IMG/VR virus record: IMGVR_UViG_3300045988_142641
Length of the DNA: 35,258 nt
Origin: a virus
Lineage: Duplodnaviria > Heunggongvirae > Uroviricota > Caudoviricetes
Reading direction: 5' to 3' (one strand)
Position 1 is the first letter of the stretch; each line of letters starts with the position of its first letter. The notes below the pieces were generated by a model. That model was not told the origin of the DNA and made no database searches. It saw only the letters and a list, made by a program, of their open reading frames with translations. The position numbers and the translations under genes were made by a program. Of the stretch, positions 17,420 through 26,818 are shown piece by piece.

Positions 17420-17699
17420 TGAGTAATCTCGTGATGGTTTTCTCGCGCTGTGCTTCACGCTTCGCGGCGTTCTCCAGTTCCTGACGCAGAGCCACCTGCG
17501 CCAGCTCGTTTTTGTCTGCCCTGGTGAGCGCAACATGAAGCTGATTTTTCAGCATGGTGATGGTCGTCTGCTGCCCGCTGGCGACGTTGTTCGCCCTGTC
17601 CAGCGAGGCGCGCAGGCTGGCATTTTTATGTTTCACCAGAAACAGACCGGCCACCGCCAGTGATAACAACACAACCAGCACAGTCATCAGCTTTGACAT
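17274..17699 (-). CDS. lysB: LysB inner-membrane spanin (i-spanin, 141 aa)
   Basis: N-terminal TM helix (LMTVLVVLLSLAVAGLFLV), then a coiled-coil-like charged region; 141 aa, P2 position. Confidence 0.8.
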   Translation of the reverse strand: MSKLMTVLVVLLSLAVAGLFLVKHKNASLRASLDRANNVASGQQTTITMLKNQLHVALTRADKNELAQVALRQELENAAKREAQREKTITRLLNENEDFRRWYGADLPDAVRRLHQRPACTDASDCRQRLPKSESLPDAGQ

Positions 17700-18112
17700 G
17701 GTTCCCGCCCCTCAAAACGCTGACGGCAGGCCGTACGTATCAGCCGGAAGAACACCGATGCCACGAGATAAATCAGCGCGGTAAAAATCCACCCGGCAGC
17801 GACCAGCGAGATAAACGTCGCCACCATCACTACCAGAGCCACTGACCGCCTGCGCCACGGCACCGGCTGCAAAAACAGCGCCGTGACAATCTTCACGGCC
17901 AGCGATTCCGGCGGCAGCTCCCGCCCGTAGCGTTCCTGCACATACTCAGTGGCATACACGCCGACACCACCGGCAACCACACAGATAACCGTCGCCAGAA
18001 TCGCCCAGGCGGCGACAAAATTGACGGCCACGCTCTGGGGGTAAATCAGGGACAGTGCCAGCATCAGCGCCAGCGACACATTCAGCATCAGTGAAAGGGA
18101 TAATTTCTTCAT
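17687..18112 (-). CDS. lysA: LysA lysis-timing membrane protein (141 aa)
   Basis: Multi-pass hydrophobic protein, 141 aa, between K and lysB. Confidence 0.8.
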   Translation of the reverse strand: MKKLSLSLMLNVSLALMLALSLIYPQSVAVNFVAAWAILATVICVVAGGVGVYATEYVQERYGRELPPESLAVKIVTALFLQPVPWRRRSVALVVMVATFISLVAAGWIFTALIYLVASVFFRLIRTACRQRFEGREPCQS

Positions 18113-18126
18113 GGTGTTTACTCCGT

Positions 18127-18624
18127 TTAAGCCGGTACGCCGCCAGCGGTACGCCAGACGGTGACCAGTTTTTCCAGTGAATGCTCACGCTGACCGTAAC
18201 CGGCTCCCGGCAGGGACGCCCAGATATTGCGACAGCGTGAAATGGCGCGCTCAATACGTCCCGCCCGGATGTCATCCAGCGCATCGCGTTCGCGGATCAA
18301 CTGAATGGCGAGTCTGTCCTGTGACAACGAACTGAAATCCGGCAGGGCAAGCTGTTTGCGGTAATGCGGCCAGAACAGGTAAAGCTGCTGATAGCGACCG
18401 GAGGCCGTGGATTTTTCACCGCGACGGTTAAACACCTTCGCCGGTCGGCCATGCGCGAACGGGTGGTCACTGTAGTCGGTGAAAATTTCCGGCTTTCCGT
18501 CCAGTCCGGTGACTATCACGTCATAGCCCCGGTTTTTCGTCAGCGGATGATTCGCCGTCCCTTCGGACACGGCCAGCATGTCGAGAAAGGCGGCGATATT
18601 CTGATGCGTGTTAATTACCGGCAT
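18127..18624 (-). CDS. K: endolysin K (165 aa)
   Basis: 165 aa, N-terminal ...FLDMLAVSEGT... lysozyme-like motif; sits between holin and lysA. Confidence 0.85.
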   Translation of the reverse strand: MPVINTHQNIAAFLDMLAVSEGTANHPLTKNRGYDVIVTGLDGKPEIFTDYSDHPFAHGRPAKVFNRRGEKSTASGRYQQLYLFWPHYRKQLALPDFSSLSQDRLAIQLIRERDALDDIRAGRIERAISRCRNIWASLPGAGYGQREHSLEKLVTVWRTAGGVPA

Positions 18625-18905
18625 TACGGTTTCCCCCTGCCCTTAAAGCGGCGCTGAATGGCAATCTCAATCACCTGATAACCGGCGATACCCAGCATGG
18701 AGCCGATGCCGCACACCGCAGGCAGTGACAGGTCAGGAAACTGCACCAGAACAACACCGGCAACCATCGAGACAAAACCACCGAGCAACATGCGCCCGAT
18801 AAACAGACGCGGGGTGATGGGTTCACCACCGGCAAGCACCTTGCCGACAACAATCAGCACCCCAATCATGAAAAGCGACAGGACGCTTTTTTCTTCTGCT
18901 GTCAT
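18624..18905 (-). CDS. Y: holin Y (93 aa)
   Basis: 93 aa with two or three predicted TM helices and a charged C-terminus; ATGA overlap with K. Confidence 0.85.
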   Translation of the reverse strand: MTAEEKSVLSLFMIGVLIVVGKVLAGGEPITPRLFIGRMLLGGFVSMVAGVVLVQFPDLSLPAVCGIGSMLGIAGYQVIEIAIQRRFKGRGKP

Positions 18906-18908
18906 GCG

Positions 18909-19112
18909 TTACTCCCACAGATTGACAGTTTCAGCCACGGGCGCGGTCTGAACGTCGGGCAGTTCGACGGCGGTGCCGTGTGGCAGCACCGCACCCAGTT
19001 CAGCCAGTCCCGGATTTGCGGCGAGCACGGTCTCAACCACGCCCTCAGTGCGCCCGTAATACCGGACACAGATGGCGTCGAGCGTGTCGCCCTGTAGCGC
19101 AAAGGTCTTCAT
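18909..19112 (-). CDS. X: tail protein X (67 aa)
   Basis: Internal Met MKTFALQGDTLDAICVRYYGRTEG... gives 67 aa, a LysM-like small protein; ATGA overlap with L stop. Confidence 0.8.
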   Translation of the reverse strand: MKTFALQGDTLDAICVRYYGRTEGVVETVLAANPGLAELGAVLPHGTAVELPDVQTAPVAETVNLWE

Positions 19113-19621
19113 CAGATTTGACTCACGATGCAGCGCGGCTTGTCCTGGATACGCGCCACCGCCCAGCGCATATCCCGCCACAGCTCATCAATAGTGCTGT
19201 CAATGCTGTCGGCCTTCTTGTCGCCTTTCGCACTGGCATCCACGCCGCGATAACGCTCATAAAGCGACGCGGTCGCCATCGCACACACGGCGCGCTCGTA
19301 GTAAAAAACCTTGATGCTTTCACCGTCGATATCGTCCGCCGGGACGTCAGCCAGACGCGTAAAACCGGCGGCAATTTTCTGTTCGCGGTACTCGTACAGC
19401 TCCGCATTCGTCTCCGCCATGCCTGACTTGATGGCCTCACGCAGACGGGCGGGGGCGACGGTCTGCTCAAGGCGCATACGTTCCCGGACGCGCTTCGGGT
19501 CGATATCGGGAAAAAAGAACGTGTTTTTAATCACCGGCTCGTCGCCTGCCGGTTGCGGGATGACCACCGTACCCTCACCGGACACGGGAGCCTCCTTTCG
19601 CGGAATAATCAGCGTCATCAT
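19112..19621 (-). CDS. L: head completion protein L (169 aa)
   Basis: From internal Met MMTLIIPRKEAPVSGEG..., 169 aa; the ORF track extension to 19681 is probably not translated. Confidence 0.8.
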   Translation of the reverse strand: MMTLIIPRKEAPVSGEGTVVIPQPAGDEPVIKNTFFFPDIDPKRVRERMRLEQTVAPARLREAIKSGMAETNAELYEYREQKIAAGFTRLADVPADDIDGESIKVFYYERAVCAMATASLYERYRGVDASAKGDKKADSIDSTIDELWRDMRWAVARIQDKPRCIVSQI

Positions 19622-19720
19622 GACTACCTCAGAAAAGTCGGGCGGTGGACGCCGGTACAATGTCAGGTGATTCACCCACACTGACCGGCGTGCCGCCCTG
19701 GCGCGGGGCGCATTCGGTTG

Positions 19721-20464
19721 TTAACTGGCTTTCTTTTTCGGGCGTCCACGTTTTGCCGGTGTCGCACTCCGGGTCTTACGCGGGGCACGGGTGGCCGCTT
19801 TGGGCTGCGGCTCCGGCTTCGGTTTCAGCTCCCGTTCCAGTCGTTCAATCTCTTTTTTGACGCCTGCCTGACAGTCGAGCTGTGTCGCACGTTGCAGGTG
19901 CGCCAGCGCACCTGCGGCATCACCAGCGTCACGCAGAAACAGACCGGTGATTTTGTGCAGCTTTGCGCGCACTTCATCAGGCATGTCAGCCGTGGCGGTC
20001 AGTTCAAGGGTGTCCGTCAGCAGGCGGGGATTCACAGACTCACCGGCAGCGTGAGCGCGCATGGCCGCAAGCGCCACCTCCTCGGTGAACATGTACGGCG
20101 GGGTGCGGCGGTGTTTACCCGGCATGGTCAGACCGTACTTCAGGGCATAACGGGCAATCTCCAGCGCACCGGCAATATCGCCGGTATCCAGACGCCACAG
20201 CATGACCGTCATCAGAATGTCATCCTGTGCACCTTTGCCCTGCTCCAGCACGCCGTTCACCCACGGCAACCAGAACGGCAGCAGTTCGCGTTTTTTCGCG
20301 GCCTTAAGCTCTTTTGAATAAATCGCTTTCAGTGTGCGCTGGTCTGCGGCGAGCTTAACCAGCATCTGCTCATAGACAGTTGCATGTCGCAGCGGGGCGG
20401 CTTCCCGCTGCGCGGTCATCGCTGCCGAGACCCGCATCATGTGGCGCTGTGCGGGACTCGTCAT
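19721..20464 (-). CDS. M: terminase small subunit / endonuclease M (247 aa)
   Basis: 247 aa with a basic Lys/Arg/Pro-rich C-terminus; P2 position between N and L. Confidence 0.85.
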   Translation of the reverse strand: MTSPAQRHMMRVSAAMTAQREAAPLRHATVYEQMLVKLAADQRTLKAIYSKELKAAKKRELLPFWLPWVNGVLEQGKGAQDDILMTVMLWRLDTGDIAGALEIARYALKYGLTMPGKHRRTPPYMFTEEVALAAMRAHAAGESVNPRLLTDTLELTATADMPDEVRAKLHKITGLFLRDAGDAAGALAHLQRATQLDCQAGVKKEIERLERELKPKPEPQPKAATRAPRKTRSATPAKRGRPKKKAS

Positions 20465-20467
20465 CGG

Positions 20468-21541
20468 TTACGCTCCCGGCTCTGCGGTCGCTTTAGCCGG
20501 TGTGGAGAAATCACCGACCTTAATTTTTTCCACCAGACAACCGGCGGCGTAGTCCTCCACCACGTAATCAATGTTCATTGACTCGTAGTTCTCCACGCGG
20601 TCGAGTTTCGGGTTTTCCTCAATCACGCGGCGATGGCTGTCATCCATGTAGTAGATGGACAGGTTTTCCAGCTTCGTGATGAGCATCGCATCCGCCGGGA
20701 AGTACGGGACGCGTACCGCCGGCAGGTTGCCGATGCGTTTCTGGCTGATGATGACGTCAGCGGCCAGCATTTCGCTGTTGTCCTGCTCCTTGTTGACGAT
20801 GGGAAAATACTTGTCCGCCAGTAGCTGACGTCCCACAATCACCACAAGGTCAGGGTCTTCCTGATACCACGGCTCAATCAGGTTGTTGGTCGCATCCATC
20901 ACCAGTGCATCGAGGCTGGCATAATCACCGCCCTTACCCACGCGGATGACCTCAGAGGTCGTGTGACCTTCCTCGTCAGTGACCTTGCTCATCACGCGCG
21001 CCGGGGCTTCATTGCGGTATTTCTGCAGCCAGCCGACCGCCACATCCTGCAGCATCGGATTGCTGCTGCGGTCAGAGGTTTCGGCACGCCTCACGCCGTT
21101 AAAACCGGCCATGATGAAATCAAGGGACTGGCGTTTGATAATGGCGTTACGGACACGGAGCTGGAAATCCTGATAACGCGCCCACAGGTCCAGCGTTTTG
21201 TAGCGGATATAAAAATCGAAATTAATCTGGTCGCATTCGTACTTGTTTGACGCCAGCTTCGAGAAGTCCTTCGGCTGACGCTCGGTGCCACCGGCGGTGT
21301 CGGTGGTGCTGGCAATGGAGCCGGTGACACCAATACCAATTTTTTCCCCTTTCATTTCGCTGACCGGCACAATGTTGATGCGGGTCAGAAAGTCAGAGGA
21401 CTCCTGCATGGTGTTCATCAGGGTCTGGGTGACCGACGGTTCAACGGTGAATTTTTTCGACACATCACCGGCGTCGATGCCGTTCAGTTCGGCAACACGG
21501 GACAGGTAGGCATTAAATTTAAAGCGGGTTTCCTGGCGCAT
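20468..21541 (-). CDS. N: major capsid protein N (357 aa)
   Basis: 357 aa; P2 synteny and size. Confidence 0.9.
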   Translation of the reverse strand: MRQETRFKFNAYLSRVAELNGIDAGDVSKKFTVEPSVTQTLMNTMQESSDFLTRINIVPVSEMKGEKIGIGVTGSIASTTDTAGGTERQPKDFSKLASNKYECDQINFDFYIRYKTLDLWARYQDFQLRVRNAIIKRQSLDFIMAGFNGVRRAETSDRSSNPMLQDVAVGWLQKYRNEAPARVMSKVTDEEGHTTSEVIRVGKGGDYASLDALVMDATNNLIEPWYQEDPDLVVIVGRQLLADKYFPIVNKEQDNSEMLAADVIISQKRIGNLPAVRVPYFPADAMLITKLENLSIYYMDDSHRRVIEENPKLDRVENYESMNIDYVVEDYAAGCLVEKIKVGDFSTPAKATAEPGA

Positions 21542-21599
21542 AGTTTTTCCTGAAATTAAGGGTTAATCGTGAAGGTTTTCCCGGACTGACTGACGCCGG

Positions 21600-22454
21600 T
21601 CAGCAGTTCGTCATCAGGGCGTCACCGCCACCGCCGGTGGCCTTGCTGCGGCGCTGCTGGGTCAGACTTTCGGTGTGGTCGAGACTGTTTTTCAGGCGGG
21701 TGAATGCCTGGCTGGTTTCATCCGCCCTGTCAGTCACATCCTGCTTAAGTGCGGAAAAGGCGTTTTCCATCTCAGCGAGGCGCTGCTCAGTGGTGCTCAG
21801 TTTTTCCTGCACATGTTCAGCAACAGCGGTCACCGCTTCATGCACGTCATTCAGACGGGCGTCATCGCTGGCCTGTTTGCGGCCAAAAATGGATTTCACC
21901 TTTTCGGTCAGGGCGGTGAACACGGTTTCAGGCAGGTCTTCAAATTCCAGCTCAACAGGCGTTGCCACTGAAATCAGGTTTTCAGGGCTTAATTTGAAGC
22001 GGTTCAGAGGGTTGTGTTTTGCCGTGCGGCAGAATTCCAGGTATTCCGTGCCGAGGCTTGCCGGGTCATCGGTGACGGCCAGACCCACCAGATAACATTT
22101 GCCGGTGTTGGCAAAGTTCGGCTGAATTTCCATTGAGGTGTAGACCTTCTGCGCAGCCTTGTTCATCGCGATAAGGTCATCGGTCGGGGTGATTTTCGCA
22201 AACAGCGCCCATTTGCCTTTCAGCGCCGAATCATCGTCAATCTTTTCGGCCTTCAGTTCGGCCACATCGCCATAACGCTTAAAAATACCGTCAGGCAGGA
22301 TGCCGCGCAGATGTTCCAGGTTAATGCGGCAACCATAGACACGCGGGTCAAAGGTTTCGGCCATTTCCTGAATATCCTGCGCACTGATGACACGCCCGTC
22401 ACAGGTGTCACCCTCAACGCCGATACGAAAGAATTTTGAGACTTTTTTTGCCAT
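21600..22454 (-). CDS. O: capsid scaffold protein O (284 aa)
   Basis: From internal Met MAKKVSKFFRIGVEGDTCDGR..., 284 aa; the ORF track's 306-aa form runs into the divergent promoter region. Confidence 0.85.
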   Translation of the reverse strand: MAKKVSKFFRIGVEGDTCDGRVISAQDIQEMAETFDPRVYGCRINLEHLRGILPDGIFKRYGDVAELKAEKIDDDSALKGKWALFAKITPTDDLIAMNKAAQKVYTSMEIQPNFANTGKCYLVGLAVTDDPASLGTEYLEFCRTAKHNPLNRFKLSPENLISVATPVELEFEDLPETVFTALTEKVKSIFGRKQASDDARLNDVHEAVTAVAEHVQEKLSTTEQRLAEMENAFSALKQDVTDRADETSQAFTRLKNSLDHTESLTQQRRSKATGGGGDALMTNC

Positions 22455-22627
22455 TGTCAGGAGTCCTGAATAGTGATTAGAGGAGTCACATGTCGGCATC
22501 AGTTTCCCGACGATGCGCATCCTCCGCCATCAGTCCCGGATGGCTTATCACTGACACAACAGCACCTTAGCGAATCGCGGGGCGCGACTCAGTAGCCTTG
22601 CCGTGTATTCATCACGGCGAGGTATTC
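22455..22627. promoter_or_regulatory. divergent late promoter region (P2 PO / PP equivalent)
   Basis: 173-bp intergenic region between the divergently transcribed O and P operons; P2-type phages carry Ogr-dependent divergent late promoters here. Individual -35/-10 or Ogr boxes not resolved. Confidence 0.45.
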
Positions 22628-24400
22628 ATGACCATCACCACAGACACCACTCTTTTACACGACCCGCGTCGTCAGGCGGCGCTGCTGTACTGGCAGGGGT
22701 TTTCCGTGCCGCAGATTGCCGCCATGTTGCAGATGAAACGCCCGACAGTGCAGAGCTGGAAACAGCGCGACGGCTGGGACAGCGTTGCCCCCATCAGCCG
22801 TGTCGAAATGAGTCTGGAAGCGCGGCTGACCCAGCTCATCATCAAACCACAGAAAACCGGCGGTGACTTCAAGGAAATTGACCTGCTGGGACGCCAGATT
22901 GAACGACTGGCACGGGTCAACCGCTACAGCCAGACCGGCAACGAGGCAGACCTTAATCCGAACGTCGCTAACCGCAACAAAGGCGGGCGTCGCAAACCGA
23001 AAAAGAATTTTTTCAGTGACGAGGCCATCGAAAAGCTGGAGCAGATTTTCTTTGAGCAGTCTTTCGAATATCAGTTGCACTGGTATCGCGCCGGGCTTGA
23101 GCACCGCATCCGCGATATCCTGAAATCCCGCCAGATTGGCGCGACGTTTTATTTTTCCCGCGAGGCGCTGCTGCGCGCCCTGAAAACCGGTCATAACCAG
23201 ATTTTTCTGTCGGCCAGTAAAACGCAGGCGTATGTGTTCCGCGAATACATCATCGCCTTTGCCCGGCTGGTTGACGTTGACCTGACCGGTGACCCGATTG
23301 TCCTGGGCAATAACGGCGCAAAACTGATTTTTCTCGGCACCAACTCCAACACCGCGCAGAGCCATAACGGCGACCTGTACGTCGACGAGATTTTCTGGAT
23401 CCCGAATTTTCAGGTACTGCGTAAGGTGGCATCAGGTATGGCCTCACAGAGTCACCTGCGCTCGACCTATTTCTCCACCCCGTCCACGCTGGCGCACGAC
23501 GCCTACCCGTTCTGGTCGGGTGAACTGTTCAACCGGGGACGCGCCAGCGCCGCCGAACGTGTGGAAATCGACGTCAGTCATAACGCCCTTGCCGGAGGTC
23601 TTCTCTGTGCGGACGGCCAGTGGCGGCAGATTGTCACCATTGAGGATGCCCTGAAAGGTGGCTGCACACTGTTCGACATTGAGCAGCTCAAACGTGAAAA
23701 CAGCGCCGACGATTTTAAAAACCTGTTCATGTGTGAATTTGTTGACGACAAGGCGTCGGTGTTCCCGTTCGAGGAGCTGCAACGCTGCATGGTCGACACG
23801 CTGGAAGAATGGGAAGACTATGTGCCGTTTGCCGCCAATCCGTTCGGCTCCCGTCCGGTATGGATTGGTTACGACCCGTCACACCGTGGCGACAGCGCCG
23901 GATGCGTGGTACTGGCACCGCCGGTGGTGGCCGGTGGCAAATTCAGAATACTTGAGCGTCACCAGTGGAAAGGCATGGACTTTGCCACCCAGGCGGAATC
24001 CATCCGCAAACTCACCGAAAAATACAACGTCGAATACATCGGCATTGATGCCACCGGCCTCGGTGTCGGCGTGTTCCAGCTCGTGCGCTCGTTCTATCCC
24101 GCCGCGCGCGACATCCGCTACACGCCGGAAATGAAAACCGCAATGGTGCTCAAGGCAAAAGACGTTATCCGCCGAGGCTGTCTGGAATATGACGTCAGCG
24201 CCACCGACATCACCAGCTCGTTTATGGCTATCCGCAAGACCATGACCAGCAGCGGACGCAGTGCCACCTATGAGGCCAGCCGCAGCGAGGAAGCCAGCCA
24301 CGCCGACCTCGCCTGGGCGACCATGCACGCCCTGTTAAATGAGCCACTCACCGCCGGTATCAGCACCCCGCTGACATCCACCATTCTGGAGTTTTACTGA
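22628..24400 (+). CDS. P: terminase large subunit (ATPase) P (590 aa)
   Basis: From internal Met MTITTDTTLL..., 590 aa; stop overlaps Q start (ATGA). Confidence 0.85.
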   Translation: MTITTDTTLLHDPRRQAALLYWQGFSVPQIAAMLQMKRPTVQSWKQRDGWDSVAPISRVEMSLEARLTQLIIKPQKTGGDFKEIDLLGRQIERLARVNRYSQTGNEADLNPNVANRNKGGRRKPKKNFFSDEAIEKLEQIFFEQSFEYQLHWYRAGLEHRIRDILKSRQIGATFYFSREALLRALKTGHNQIFLSASKTQAYVFREYIIAFARLVDVDLTGDPIVLGNNGAKLIFLGTNSNTAQSHNGDLYVDEIFWIPNFQVLRKVASGMASQSHLRSTYFSTPSTLAHDAYPFWSGELFNRGRASAAERVEIDVSHNALAGGLLCADGQWRQIVTIEDALKGGCTLFDIEQLKRENSADDFKNLFMCEFVDDKASVFPFEELQRCMVDTLEEWEDYVPFAANPFGSRPVWIGYDPSHRGDSAGCVVLAPPVVAGGKFRILERHQWKGMDFATQAESIRKLTEKYNVEYIGIDATGLGVGVFQLVRSFYPAARDIRYTPEMKTAMVLKAKDVIRRGCLEYDVSATDITSSFMAIRKTMTSSGRSATYEASRSEEASHADLAWATMHALLNEPLTAGISTPLTSTILEFY

Positions 24401-25434
24401 TGAGCAAGAAAAAAGGGAAAACACCGCAACCTGCGGCAAAAAAAATGACCGCCAGCGCCCCGAAAATGGAGGCATTCACCTTTGGTGAGCCGGTGCCGGT
24501 ACTCGACCGCCGTGACATTCTGGATTACGTCGAGTGCATCAGTAACGGCAGATGGTATGAGCCGCCGGTCAGCTTTACCGGTCTGGCGAAAAGCCTGCGT
24601 GCTGCCGTGCATCACAGCTCGCCGATTTACGTCAAACGCAATATTCTGGCCTCGACATTTATCCCGCATCCGTGGCTTTCGCAACAGGATTTCAGCCGCT
24701 TTGTGCTGGATTTTCTGGTGTTCGGTAATGCGTTTCTGGAAAAGCGTTACAGCACCACCGGTAAGGTCATCAGACTGGAAACCTCACCGGCAAAATATAC
24801 CCGCCGTGGCGTGGAAGAGGATGTTTACTGGTGGGTGCCGTCCTTCAACGAGCCGACAGCCTTCGCGCCCGGCTCCGTGTTTCACCTGCTGGAGCCGGAT
24901 ATTAATCAGGAGCTGTACGGCCTGCCGGAATATCTCAGCGCCCTTAACTCTGCCTGGCTGAATGAGTCGGCCACGTTGTTCCGCCGCAAGTATTACGAAA
25001 ATGGCGCACATGCCGGATACATCATGTACGTCACCGATGCCGTGCAGGATCGCAACGATATCGAAATGCTTCGCGAAAACATGGTCAAGTCGAAAGGCCG
25101 CAACAACTTTAAAAACCTGTTTCTCTATGCCCCACAGGGGAAAGCCGACGGCATTAAAATTATCCCCCTCAGTGAAGTGGCGACGAAGGACGATTTTTTT
25201 AATATCAAAAAAGCCAGCGCCGCTGACCTGCTGGACGCGCACCGCATCCCCTTTCAGTTGATGGGTGGCAAGCCGGAGAACGTCGGGTCGCTGGGTGATA
25301 TAGAGAAAGTGGCAAAGGTCTTTGTCCGCAATGAGCTTATCCCGTTACAGGACAGGATCCGCGAGATAAACGGCTGGCTCGGTCAGGAGGTCATCCGCTT
25401 TAAAAACTACTCACTGGACACTGACAACGGCTGA
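24400..25434 (+). CDS. Q: portal protein Q (344 aa)
   Basis: 344 aa; last gene before cos; P2 synteny and size. Confidence 0.9.
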   Translation: MSKKKGKTPQPAAKKMTASAPKMEAFTFGEPVPVLDRRDILDYVECISNGRWYEPPVSFTGLAKSLRAAVHHSSPIYVKRNILASTFIPHPWLSQQDFSRFVLDFLVFGNAFLEKRYSTTGKVIRLETSPAKYTRRGVEEDVYWWVPSFNEPTAFAPGSVFHLLEPDINQELYGLPEYLSALNSAWLNESATLFRRKYYENGAHAGYIMYVTDAVQDRNDIEMLRENMVKSKGRNNFKNLFLYAPQGKADGIKIIPLSEVATKDDFFNIKKASAADLLDAHRIPFQLMGGKPENVGSLGDIEKVAKVFVRNELIPLQDRIREINGWLGQEVIRFKNYSLDTDNG

Positions 25435-25439
25435 ACATC

Positions 25440-25461
25440 GCCGCCTGTGGGCGGCTTTTTT
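25440..25461 (+). terminator. intrinsic terminator after Q
   Basis: gccgcc-tgtg-ggcggc stem-loop followed by a T6 run. Confidence 0.65.
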
Positions 25462-25603
25462 ACACCCCGCCATCACGCCCTCACACGCTCACCACCGCAC
25501 AAAACAGCCCGCATACACACCAACGCCCCGGCGAACAATCTAAACGCCATCACAACGCGCTCAGACGCTGAAAAAATAAAATCAGCACCACCGCCAGCGC
25601 GCA

Positions 25604-25622
25604 GTGCTTTCCCCGCCTCGCC
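25604..25622 (-). other. cos: cos site (19-nt cohesive end)
   Basis: The reverse complement of 25604-25622 is GGCGAGGCGGGGAAAGCAC, which I recall as the P2 19-nt cohesive-end sequence; position between Q and the A-side cargo is as in P2. Confidence 0.8.
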
Positions 25623-25665
25623 CGCCCGCTTCATGGGTCGATTTTAATGCAGTTGTATTTAATGG

Positions 25666-25694
25666 AAAAAGCCCTCCAGGACTGGAGGGCTTTT
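25666..25694. terminator. bidirectional intrinsic terminator downstream of the kinase operon
   Basis: aaaaa-gccctcca-ggac-tggagggc-tttt: an 8-bp GC stem flanked by an A-run and a T-run, so it can terminate on either strand. Confidence 0.65.
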
Positions 25695-25750
25695 CTATTA
25701 GAGTTCGTAAAATGCTCATGCAAATTCACGCGTTATGCTGCAAAAAACAA

Positions 25751-26818
25751 TCATTTCTTAGCTTTCACAACCGGATGCGCGCGATCATGTCCACCGCCAC
25801 GATGCTTAGAAAATATAACCTTTTCATTAGTAAAAGGTTTTTGGCCATAGACACTATCATAGTGGAAAAAGACGTTCGGAAGATGAGGCACACGGATGAA
25901 TCCATACTTCACTCTAGTATCACCGATGACCCCAAAAACCCTTGTACTTACTGGGTAGCATAGTTCACCACAACGCATCACTAATTCATCTGCTGTTGGG
26001 CGTTCAGAAGGTTCCAATTTTAAACAATCTTCTATAAGTTTAATTATTTCATTTGCCAATGGCGCATACTGTCTATTTGAAAATATAAAGTCAGGGTAAG
26101 GAACATGCGTGCCAGAAAGTATATTTGGTATAGCCATATAACCAATACCAAAAGGGTATTTTCCAGTAAGAATCCTGAACATCATCGCACCCAATGCCCA
26201 AATATCTGTAGGTTTCGAAACCTTACCTTGACTCTGTATGATTTCCGGTGCCATATATGGCAAAGCCCCGATAGCCGTTTGCGAAGAACTAATTGAATCT
26301 TGACCATTTCTTGCAGCCTCATCAATTTCATCTCCGGCCATCTTTGAAATGCCGAAATCCGTAATTTTTATCTCTGTAGCATTGATACCACCGCCTACCA
26401 TTATATTTGAAGGTTTGAGGTCCCGGTGTATGACGTCAACATGATGCGAAGCAGACAGAGCTTTAGCTAAATTATGAAATATTTTAGCAGTTAAATATGG
26501 ATCAACACTTGAATAAGTGTCTAAAATAGCCTTATCCAAGTCAACTCCATCAATAAATTCCTCCGTTAAAAACTCTCTACCCTCATCATCAATGAAGTAA
26601 TCTAAGGTTTTAGCCACATTAGGATGATTAACTCTTGATGCTAATATTGCACTTCTATGAAACCTTTTTTCAGCAGATTTATTTTTGGGAGTTTTGAGAG
26701 CCACATGCCTCGAGAGAATATTATCCATTGCCAAATAAACTTTTTGCATACCGCCTTCACCAATCTCCCTCAATATTGTATATCTGCTAACTTGAATGCC
26801 TGGAGTCAGATTTATCAT
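25751..26818 (-). CDS. Hanks-type Ser/Thr protein kinase (355 aa), cargo
   Basis: G-loop GEGGMQKV, VALK lysine, catalytic loop HRDLKPSN, DFG, APE and DIWALG all present; SD GGAGG 7 nt upstream; ATGA overlap with the upstream kinase; ~60-aa C-terminal extension. Confidence 0.85.
   Translation of the reverse strand: MINLTPGIQVSRYTILREIGEGGMQKVYLAMDNILSRHVALKTPKNKSAEKRFHRSAILASRVNHPNVAKTLDYFIDDEGREFLTEEFIDGVDLDKAILDTYSSVDPYLTAKIFHNLAKALSASHHVDVIHRDLKPSNIMVGGGINATEIKITDFGISKMAGDEIDEAARNGQDSISSSQTAIGALPYMAPEIIQSQGKVSKPTDIWALGAMMFRILTGKYPFGIGYMAIPNILSGTHVPYPDFIFSNRQYAPLANEIIKLIEDCLKLEPSERPTADELVMRCGELCYPVSTRVFGVIGDTRVKYGFIRVPHLPNVFFHYDSVYGQKPFTNEKVIFSKHRGGGHDRAHPVVKAKK

Noticed and set aside
21637-23365. 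ORFs of 152 aa (plus) and 236 aa (minus) antisense to O and P
   Set aside because: Shadow ORFs; the sense genes match the scaffold and large terminase by size and N-terminal sequence.
25604-25963. 119-aa plus-strand ORF spanning cos, the terminator and the kinase 3' end
   Set aside because: It crosses the cos site and a strong terminator hairpin and is antisense to a motif-complete kinase, so it is not a plausible gene.
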